Shown: piece after piece, positions 1 to 9,375 of the stretch
How the letters are laid out: each line of letters starts with the position of its first letter
Position numbering within the stretch: the stretch's first letter is position 1
Source: Spongospora subterranea f. sp. subterranea
Taxonomy: Eukaryota
DNA: 29,850 nt
Direction of reading: 5' to 3'
Assembly: GCA_049724395.1 (NCBI GenBank)
Contig: JAUGWO010000017.1
Location: 62,001-91,850, forward strand
Notes under the pieces: model-generated
What the model was told of the DNA's origin: nothing
The model's database searches: none
What the model saw: the letters and a program-made list of their open reading frames with translations, nothing else
Made by a program: the position numbers and the translations under genes

Positions 1-134
1 TTGCGACCGCAATTGTCTGATTGAACAAGGAGTTGAATCATTGCGGTGCTCGACATGATTTTCAGTTCTTTATTTCCCTTTTGATGAGTAGTAAAATAAA
101 ACAAAGCTGGTACTGAACTGAGTTCCAATGTCAG

Positions 135-1059
135 TGATAATATTACTGTAGATCTCAAATGATAATATTACTGTAGATCTCAAATGATAATATTACTGTA
201 GATCTCAAATGATAATATTACTGTAGATCTCAAATGATAATATTACTGTAGATCTCAAATGATAATATTACTGTAGATCTCAAATGATAATATTACTGTA
301 GATCTCAAATGATAATATTACTGTAGATCTCAAATGATAATATTACTGTAGATCTCAAATGATAATATTACTGTAGATCTCAAATGATAATATTACTGTA
401 GATCTCAAATGATAATATTACTGTAGATCTCAAATGATAATATTACTGTAGATCTCAAATGATAATATTACTGTAGATCTCAAATGATAATATTACTGTA
501 GATCTCAAATGATAATATTACTGTAGATCTCAAATGATAATATTACTGTAGATCTCAAATGATAATATTACTGTAGATCTCAAATGATAATATTGCTGTA
601 GATCTCAAATGATAATATTACTGTAGATCTCAAATGATAATATTACTGTAGATCTCAAATGATAATATTACTGTAGATCTCAAATGATAATATTGCTGTA
701 GATCTCAAATGATAATATTACTGTAGATCTCAAATGATAATATTACTGTAGATCTCAAATGATAATATTACTGTAGATCTCAAATGATAATATTACTGTA
801 GATCTCAAATGATAATATTACTGTAGATCTCAAATGATAATATTACTGTAGATCTCAAATGATAATATTACTGTAGATCTCAAATGATAATATTACTGTA
901 GATCTCAAATGATAATATTACTGTAGATCTCAAATGATAATATTACTGTAGATCTCAAATGATAATATTACTGTAGATCTCAAATGATAATATTACTGTA
1001 GATCTCAAATGATAATATTACTGTAGATCTCAAATGATAATATTGCTGTAGATCTCAAA
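135..1059. repeat. Tandem minisatellite, 37 x 25 bp (TGATAATATTACTGTAGATCTCAAA)
   Basis: Exact 25-bp period with no spacers. The only variant is A>G at 595, 695 and 1045 (units 19, 23, 37). Confidence 0.98.
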
Positions 1060-1849
1060 TACCCACAGTAAACAATAGCCTTTGGACTCACAATTAATAA
1101 CGTCTTGATCTCTACTGTATCGGTCTCAGATTTTAGACTGTAGTAAACAACTTGATCAGTAATTTGTCGCAATATCAAAGCAGATATCTGAGCCCAATTC
1201 AAGAGTGAGTACGAAAAATAATCGAGTATTGCAAGTGAATATATCCAAGGTGCGCGTTGGGACAATCTGCACAATGTTTGTGATCCAACGAGTTCCCCAG
1301 CGAATCTCGAATGTTAACTGTCAAGGTGCTGTTGAGTGCTCGAGGGCAACTCCACGAGTTCGTTAAGGTTGAAGTAATAGCACACTAGAAAAGGCCTTCC
1401 CAGAACATTTCAGCATTGGCACTCTGAAAACATTTGCGATGAATCAACAAAAGTTTTTTCAGACAAGTATGAGTATTTTGTTGGCATGACATAGTGGGTC
1501 CGATGCACCAAACGGCAACAGTGATGATGATGATTAGATAACATCGGGAAAGTCGACGATCGAAAAGTTATTCAACTTGAACCGCAATATTGATGGACAT
1601 CCGAGACTGATGACTACCAAGTTCGGTCGGTGTCCTCCAGGGTTCTCAGCCTCTCCGCGTCGAAAGTTTGGCAGTGAAGCTGCAGGCGCTATTAACGAAG
1701 TTGTGACATGAAGACGACAGAAGAAGTTGTGAAGACGATGGCAGTGACTGGTATGGAATGGTATAGAAAAGCGGAAGAATTCTTGTGGTTTCGGGGAAAT
1801 TTGTGCTCGATTTCATCGCCCAGTGAGTGAGACGTTGAGCGACACGAAT

Positions 1850-3560
1850 CTACTCATCAATACGATGAGCTATCATCCTGCACATTGGATATTGACACCT
1901 CAACAAATCGTGTGCTCCTCGTGTGCATTGATCCACTTCTTCTTTAGCGCAAACTCGATGGCAACACGGGTCAGATACGTGATCACATATTTGAACGGCC
2001 GATTGTCATGTTGATCGCGTGTGCATTGTCATCAGCAACAGAACAGTTCGACAAATTCCGACAAATCTTATCGCAGCACAATCCCACAAAATCAGTGTTG
2101 CCGCAAAAATACGCGTCGCATCCAATTACTGCATCGTGATTAAAACTGTCGAAAGAACGGTCGAACCATGCGTTGAGGCCCTCATTGGATTGCTGGACTG
2201 GGCATTGACAACCCCGAAATGGATTGCTTTAGAGATCAAGATACGCCTGTGATATGTCAACTGCCTCTCTGTGTTTTGAAGCGTTGAGCAAGACCATTCC
2301 GGTGCTATTTAACCAATAAACCCTGGTGTCGACGCTAATGCTCAGACACCGCGACCGTCGCAATTGGATTAGCGCCGAACTTAAACTGTGAAGCGAATGA
2401 TCTTCTTCAACTGTTTGTAAAACAGAGAGGATCTCGATTCATCGAATGTTTCAATGCCATTTCAAGTTGATGATGTACAGATCGACGTAGAGATTGTCAT
2501 TGATGTTGGCGGTGTCTACACATAGTTGTTCATGCCAGTTTGAGAATTTGAGATTAACTAGAAATGGAATACTTTGTGATCTGGCCACGAGCGATAATGT
2601 ATCGTCATGATCGATGATGATTCGATAAGAAACGACGATCTGAATATCACTCAGCTTGAAAGGAACGAAACCAATGACGTCGATAGCAGGGGAGAAACGC
2701 TCATGTCAACAAGCCGCTCTCGTATGGTGCATTGAATTGTTTTCAGCACGAGCTTCAAAATCAGGAAGAGCGATGCCTGCCTCTGTAATAAAGGTGTGGG
2801 CAAACGAGGTGATCCTGGTGGACCATATGTCGATGATATCGTAAAGGTCATTACAGTCCCTGAACAGCATTGCCGAACACCTTCACGTTAAGCTCAACGG
2901 CGACAAGAGGACAGATACTGAGTACAACAATAACATCGTTCATCATCCCCGGACCCTGAACAAGTATCGCATTGAGATCTAGGGCAATATTCTGTCCTTA
3001 CAAAGGGAGAACACCTTCAACAAGTCCACCCAACACCTGACGAGAAGTCATTTCCTTTCCTCTTCCTTGCCGACACCTTGATCTATGTGGTAGCAAGTAG
3101 ACCAGATAAAACTCTACCCGTTTACCCAAAACATCCCGGCCGTTAAGCGGATCCTCCAACACAGCATGCTTATCAGACCGTCAAACTTGCCACAACTGTT
3201 TACGCAGACGCTGGCTTCGCCAACAACTACAACGTCACTCCACTACCGTCATAATCTTCATCAGACACGTTCCAATTCTTTGAAGTTCAAAACGACAATC
3301 AAATACGACACTTTTGACGACTGAAATTGAACTCAACGCCTTAGGGCATGCCTCAACGTGAGTGATGCGATTGTCTTTACCCTTCTGGACCAGATGCAGC
3401 TGAATCTCGAATTGACCATGAAAGAATACACCGGCCCCGAACTCCACCTACAACGGAACACATTGCCATCCGGATGGGCTTCGTTTGTAGATCATCATGT
3501 CGATATATCTTGGTAAACCTCTGTCCGACCATTGACCGTGCTCGATGACCCTCGTGCTGC
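1850..3560 (+). mobile_element. Decayed Ty1/copia pol remnant nested in the gypsy remnant
   Basis: Copia RT/RNase H motifs: QAALVW, KSDACL, YVDDIV (2826-2843), YVVASRPD (~3084), AVKRILQ (~3139), VYADAGFAN (~3198), SSKRQSNTTLLTTEIE (~3283), TEHIAIRMGFV (~3452). Upstream protease/integrase motifs are only faint. Boundaries approximate. Confidence 0.8.
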
Positions 3561-5028
3561 CTTCCACGTTGAAGGGAAGAAAGATGGCTACAATATTGGC
3601 GGCCAATGAAATAACAACGACCGACGATATCAACATTGGCGGTGATACAGAGTGCACCTCCGAATACAATGACATCGACCACGCCGACACCGACGTTAAT
3701 GAAATTACCCGAGACGACGAATACCGATCAAGCGCGTTCAGCCGAAGGATATGTTGAACGTCCCGGACGTGACGCGATCGGTTCGTGCCCAAGAAAATAA
3801 TACAACACTCCTCTAATCGTTCCCGTTTGCCAAATCCGAAGGGCGTTTTGCTACCAACATTCATGTAGTCGAAAACATTCTTCAGAAAAGCAGTTTTGCT
3901 GTGGTATCTTGGTCGAAAGCGCCCGGCATCTTGTTAGATTCAACACGATCTGTTATTGATTGTTGAGCAATATTCTGGCTGCACACATTATCGAGGAAGG
4001 TGAATCCAGTTCAGATTGGTTCCTGTCTTTCCCGGTTGATGGCAGGTACCATGGTTGGGTCCATTACGAACAAGAGTATTGGATCGTGGAAACAGCTGAA
4101 TGAGGTTGACGTATGAGTTGCGATGCCGATTCCAAATGGGTTCCGTTTGGCCGTATCTCGTATTCCGGGCGTCGCAACAATGCATCGGATTTCCAGAAAG
4201 GCTACCGGGGCAGTGAACGGAAATAAGATGGTGTTCCGCGAGAAACAAAACCAACGGCCGGTTTTGTCGACGACGACTGAACGATTCAGTAGACGTTAAA
4301 CACATCAAGGTTCTATGGTGGCTGTAGACGGTGATCTCGTCCAGTGCACCTTTTAGAAGATAAAATCGCCAGTTGGTTCGGAATCCAAAGCAATTTCGAA
4401 GTGAACAGAAAGTTAGAGTTGAAGTGTTTTGTAAATGAGCGCGGTGGTGACAGGGAGTTTCCAGTCAAGCGCCGACACGAATGTGTGCAACCATGTGATG
4501 GTTAATCTTTCTTCGCCAGTGCTATCATGCGACGATCTTTCCAAATTTTTGCGAAAACTTTTGTGTAAAAGCTATCGAAGTCTAGAGAATTTTGGACATC
4601 CATAGCTGCTCCGGTGTTGCCCGATTGAAAATCGTCTGCACTTTGTTTGACTTCATCTGAATACCCTCGGTAGTGCAACGCATTCGACCTCGCGTGTGGT
4701 AAGAAGGCGTTTCAGAGTTTTGCGAGAAGGCCCCTCTGATCACCCATATCGGTAATGATCCAATGGTTTTGTCGTGTGATCCCGGTCTGCAGAGCATGTC
4801 AGAATATCGTCGAGATAAACGAAACGGGGGTTTTTCGAACAACGTCGGTCATGAAGGCTCTGGAAAAATCACGACGTTTCGAAACGGAAGATATTGCGAT
4901 TTTGTGGAGACATAGAGTTCGAAATCCAGTATAACTGGGGTTGTTTGTCGCCAGAAATCAACTCGCAGACGCAAAATGGGAGAACAAATCAAAAAGTGGC
5001 ATTGGCCAAGAAATAGATGAGCATTATA

Positions 5029-5448
5029 TTACTCCAGATAGGGAATGTGTTCTAACCAGGCGCATTTCGCCATACCGCCATTTCGAGAGCTTTGCTGCCT
5101 CCTATAACGTGATTCTGAACAATCGTAAACTTCGCAAACTTGTGCGAACTTCTCCACGAGCTCGTCTTTCCTGGGTAGATATTTGTTGGGCAAAAAACCA
5201 ACACGGCATCTTTCTTCACCATTCACAATGACAACAACCGGCAGTGCTTCCTCAATTCCATTTGGACCTATGAAGTCAGGTCACCTTTGAAAGTCGATGG
5301 CGCAGAACTAACCGTCGATGATACTGAATTTGACTCTGATTAAAGATCCGACATCAACCTGCTCCCCACAAACAGCATGTCTGTTGCATGATCGCTCATG
5401 AGTTGATTCTGCGAGTCCGAAAATCTCGACGTCATATTCCAACGGCAT
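5029..5448 (-). CDS. Two-exon 124-aa Cys/His protein, paralogue of the transposon accessory gene at 5952-6405 (possible HIRAN-like fold)
   Basis: Exons 5448-5313 and 5267-5029. The 45-nt GT..AG intron 5312-5268 has a CTGAC branch-like motif and an in-frame TAG. Product MPLEYDVEIFGL..RSCNRHAVCG..CRVGFLP..FAQV..RNGGMAKC..IPYLE is open throughout. Confidence 0.85.
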
Positions 5449-5474
5449 TGAACCCGCACCAATATCTCAAACGT

Positions 5475-5497
5475 CGGACTATATGGCCGAACCACGG
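5475..5497 (-). repeat. Probable orphan CCGT-type terminal inverted repeat of a truncated pogo-like element carrying the 5029-5448 gene
   Basis: Minus strand reads TA|CCGTGGTTCGGCCATATAGTCCG, the same TA+CCGT start as the neighbouring elements, 49 bp from the gene's ATG. No partner TIR seen. Confidence 0.45.
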
Positions 5498-5717
5498 TAC
5501 TGTACTGTCACTGTCACTGGGTAACAGAGGGAAGTGCAGCTCTTCACGTATCAAGTGTTAATAGCATCTATTGTAATCCACCTGACCAGTGTATACCGAT
5601 GTACCGTACGGCACGAAATAACGTATCAACTTTACCGTAATCCTTGGTCGGATGTACCCTTCACTGAGATGTACCCCCCTCTGTACATTTTTCTCGCAGT
5701 TTGTGAGGAAATACCTA

Positions 5718-5935
5718 CCGTATTCCTCGGAGCTCTGTACCCCCCAAACCCTAAACTCCGTGAGAGGCTAGCGACATCATTATTAACGCTACATTTCCCG
5801 AAATATCTCTTTTGGATAGGGTATCGGATACCTTACAAGTTTCCCAGTGGGAAATTTACTGTATTTTACAATGCGTAGCTGTCGGGGCTTCACGGAGTTT
5901 AGGGTTTGGGGGGTACAGAGCTCCGAGGAATACGG
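5718..5935. mobile_element. Inner 218-bp MITE with perfect 46-bp TIRs
   Basis: TIR CCGTATTCCTCGGAGCTCTGTACCCCCCAAACCCTAAACTCCGTGA (5718-5763 / 5890-5935). TA at 5716-5717 and 5936-5937. The reconstructed empty site ATACCTAGGTAT is a palindrome. Confidence 0.9.
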
Positions 5936-5951
5936 TAGGTATCTGCCCATC

Positions 5952-6405
5952 ATGGATGGGGAATGGAATAATGGGGCATCCGACTTCGAGATCTTTGGCC
6001 TTCGAGCTTCGGACAACGGTCGTTCCTGCTGTTCGCATGATGTTTGCGGGGCATGCATAATTCCTGGAGCGGTAATTCGTTTACATGAAGTTCGTGTTAA
6101 AGGTTGCGGTTCTACTGTATCTTGTCATGGGTTGCCTGCAAATACTGAACCATACTTGCAAAGGCCCTGACGACAACACGCAAAGTGCTATAGCCGCGGT
6201 CTCAATATGGGATGGCGCTGAGAGTTGCAGAATAGGATTTTTACCCAAATCTTACCTGCCAGTAAAGGATAGATTTGTCGGTCGCTTCGCACAAGTCACT
6301 TCGTTATACGATGAATCGACAAACTCGCATTTACGGCGTAAATCCCAGCGTAATTTTGGAATGGCGTCTTGCAGTTTTCTCGATGCTATTCCAATGGGTG
6401 AATAA
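5952..6405 (+). CDS. Two-exon 130-aa transposon accessory protein (Cys/His motif; possible HIRAN-like fold)
   Basis: Exons 5952-6102 and 6164-6405. The 61-nt GT..AG intron is phase 1 in the same Gly codon as in the paralogue. Splicing joins ORF-track frames 5847-6170 and 6085-6405 into a product collinear with the paralogue. Confidence 0.85.
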
Positions 6406-6423
6406 ACCCTAAATTTGTATGTA

Positions 6424-7592
6424 TTATCCCATCTTGATGCCGATATGGTCCCATGTGTTTAAAACTGTATCCATGGAAATCTGGCGCCACGATGTCGAAA
6501 TCCATGTTGCAACATCCAGCCGCCCTGGTTTTTGACCAGTCTGTCGACTTCGCAAAGACTTTTCGTATTCCGCTTTTGTATACAACTTGAAGGGGCGGTT
6601 AATCCCAACATCAAGCACCTGTAGAGTACTCGTACACCTGGGGACAATAAATTCGGGCATTGTCCCCACAGACGCCAAAGCGTCCGATACAGATGTTACC
6701 ATGTGAGCTTTGAACGAGTCCATAATCAAATATGATTGATTGAAGACTTGGATGAAAGCCAAGGTTTCCAGACACGATCGATCCATTCCAGCATGAGCTC
6801 CTCATTAATCCAAGCTTTGTCTTGAACGCTGTAAACGCAGTCATCGGGAAATCCGAGCTCGACACACCTAGTTATTACTTCTCGACGGATTCGGCCAGTT
6901 CGCGTCCCTTTGAAAACCACAAACGGAGGTAGCTTGCATCCATCCAGGGCAACACCTAACAGAACGGTGCACCGACTTGAACTGCCTGTAGTGGCAACGG
7001 TAATGGTGCGTTGACCTCTCCTACTCAGTGTTGTGGGAGATGGTTGATCAAAGTCCACGTTAGTCTCATCAATGTTGACTACCGCACCAGCAGGTAGCTT
7101 CAACATTTTTATCTGCTGATTTACGGCCTCTAGAAAATCAATCTCTAAATCGTCCGTTTGGCGAGTTCTTTGGGCCTCATGGGTTTTGCGACGAATCGTG
7201 ATATTTTCACGCCTCAGGAACCGCTCAATTCTTTGCCGGAGGGCAGGTAACCGACCGGGCAGCAGGTCAGGACAAAGCCGAACGGCCTCCTGGACCAAGG
7301 TGTTGATGCCAACTGGACGATCAAGCGCCCGCTCTGACTCAAAATACTCCAGCAAACCTTCATACAAATCAGGGTGTTGAAGTCGGCCAGACGACGGGCA
7401 GTGGATGAACCTGCTGTTCTGAATCGAACCATCTCCGACTTTATCGAAGAGTTTCTTCCACTTCCTGATTTGACAAGGAGCAACACCGTATTTGGATGCC
7501 GACGGTCGAATCAAACCAGGCGAATTATAAGCCTCCTCCACGATGACCTTCTTTTCTGCTAAGGTGAACAAGCATTTTCCTCGAGCACCCAT
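6424..7592 (-). pseudogene. pogo-like DDD transposase (HTH + CENP-B-type HTH + DDE_1), one frameshift near 6730-6745
   Basis: N-terminal HTH (SASKYGVAPCQIRKWKK), NIDETN, VVFKG, QDKAWINEELMLEW; then in the second frame LIMDSFKAH...TSTLQVLDVGINRPFK. 35 residues separate the 2nd and 3rd Asp (DD35D). Confidence 0.95.
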
Positions 7593-8251
7593 GTTACACA
7601 CCGTTGGAAAGCTCTGGATGAGACGAATCGATTACCTTACACAAACAGAGGTATTTATGTACACGGTACCCGCATTAAAGGTAACATTCCGCAACGGAGA
7701 TTTCTCCGCATTTTTTTTTGCTTTTTTTTCAATTTTTTTTTGGCGGGGTCCTTGGTAGATTTTCTATCTTCCGTTCAATGCAACCAGAAGCCTGGGAACA
7801 AACATCGACGCCATCCTTGCTCAAATGTACCCCTTCACTCTAAAAAAAGTGCGTAGGCAGTACATTTGGGGGTACATCCGACCAAGGATTACGGTAATAA
7901 CGTATAATCGACCCCCCGGCACATAAGTATGGTAAAAATACCGGCACATTGGCATTTTTGGTCACACAAAATAAGTGCACTTTGATACTTTCCATCAAAC
8001 TTGAAACTCCGTGACTCCCGACGTTGCCCAATTGTAAAATGCACTACCATACCCAACTGGTAGGGTACATACACTACGGTATATCCTCTGTAAATACACT
8101 CAGGTGTATCATTTCCTATATACATTAAGATATATCATTTCATATGCACACTTTCTCGACACACAATGCTGACACATGTAGCTTTCTCGGCACACAAGTT
8201 TGCGCAGCACATTGAACAAATAGCTGATACGATATTTTGTGCCGTACGGTA

Positions 8252-9375
8252 GTCTAGAAGCTCTGTCGTTACGACAGCAGAAAGCGGATTCAAGGTTGGA
8301 ACTTTTGATGGAACGTTTATTGAATTCTTTCCCCATCCCCGCCGAAGCTATCCCTGTTATGGCCTCTAATGTCGCTGAAATTATACCAACACCGGTATCT
8401 AATGTCCAAAGTCTGACGGAAGCCCCGTATACAAAAACTTTGTACAGTGAACTGCCCAAATTTTCGGAAGAAATTTCTAAAGATGATGCTAAGAGATACT
8501 TAGGTTTCATTCATTCTAGTCACCATTCCATTCCGTCGGAAGACGTTCTAATGGTGGTGGTGCGCGCACTGAAATTTCTTTTGTTTCGGAAGAAGTTTGA
8601 CCGGCTAACGTTGAATGCCTCTCCAGCAGCTCGGCTAGATGCTGCTTACAAGTGTCTATTGGGCAATGCTCAAGATAAAGCCGTGAACGAACCTTTATGT
8701 TCCTGCGATGAGCTGATGGACAAAATGGCGCGTTGGTATGCGTCAGATGCAGATCCAACTATTCTAGTCGATGTTTTTCGAAATAAGCTGCAAAACACGC
8801 GACCATATCCCCAAGAGAATTTAGAAGATTATTTAGACCGATATCTGATATATTGGAATAACCTCTGTTGTTTTCAAGAGGCATCTTTATTCACGGAATC
8901 ATCTTGCTGTCTTTGGTTCCTTCGCACCATCCGTTGCAAACCTTTATTATACGCGGAAGTGATGAGAAGAAATGGCAGAAAAATGCGAACCCTTTCGGAA
9001 GTTTTTGCAGTTGTCCGAGACTCGTGTCAGGTGTTGATGGATATTGAAGCTGTTTCAAATCATTTTACTGCCGATCGATCTACTCCATCTCAGAATACTA
9101 TCTTTAATAATCACAGATCGCCTAGACCAGAATCAAAGTCGATGCCACCACCGAAAACACTTCCCAAGTATTCCCCATTCGGGCGGCAGTCTCCTTCCGT
9201 TTCTTTCTCGAAATCAACTACTTCTTCCGACCCGCATGTTAGCCGAATATCGCTTGATGATTTTTCCAACAACATGAGTCCTAGTGAAATCGGATCAAGG
9301 AAGCCGTATTTTCCAGTGCTGATCGGTCTGAACAATTGCCTGCCTCTGTTGATGACGGTGCTGATTTTTCTGTAA
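8252..9375 (+). pseudogene. gag: gag-like ORF of the gypsy element
   Basis: Long open frame directly upstream of the protease, with capsid-like ENLEDYLDRY and an S/P-rich tail. It slips frame into the protease at ~9340. The ORF-track start (8239) lies inside the MITE TIR. Confidence 0.7.

Larger units (their letters stand above)
1..4990 (-). mobile_element. Heavily decayed Ty3/gypsy LTR-retrotransposon pol remnant (RT-RNase H-integrase), interrupted by a copia remnant and a minisatellite
   Basis: Minus-strand motifs in gypsy order: RT FVYLDDIL (YLDD at 4806-4817) and EGIQMKSNKVQTI; RNase H NWRFYLLKGA..ITVYSHHRTL..RRRQNR..LFL (~4200-4375); integrase core QRAPW..LD (~1220-1260) and IITDIGTQFST (~110-145). 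Many stops and frameshifts; ends approximate. Confidence 0.8.
5635..7894. mobile_element. pogo-superfamily DNA transposon (2260 bp) with transposase and convergent accessory gene
   Basis: Perfect 25-bp TIRs CCGTAATCCTTGGTCGGATGTACCC (5635-5659 / 7870-7894). TA TSD at 5633-5634 and 7895-7896. Subterminal ATGTACCC motifs at both ends. Confidence 0.95.
5604..8249. mobile_element. Outer non-autonomous pogo/Tc1-mariner-type MITE (~384 bp once the nested element is removed)
   Basis: 28-bp TIRs: CCGTACGGCACGAAATAACGTATCAACT (5604-5631) and 8222-8249, 25/28 match. TA at 5602-5603 and 8250-8251. Confidence 0.85.

Noticed and set aside
135..1059. CRISPR array or telomere
   Set aside because: Units are head-to-tail with no spacers, there are no cas genes, the context is eukaryotic and internal, and the unit derives from integrase sequence.
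5534..6060. Short ORFs sharing IPTVFLGALYPPNPKLRE on opposite strands
   Set aside because: Artefact of the inner MITE inverted repeats.
6726..6786. Programmed frameshift or intron in the transposase
   Set aside because: No slippery heptamer or GT..AG intron of workable size; a 1-nt deletion (or sequencing error) is simpler.
8063..8081. TIR-like GGGTACATACACTACGG|TA
   Set aside because: Resembles a CCGT-type end, but no partner or TSD pair was found.
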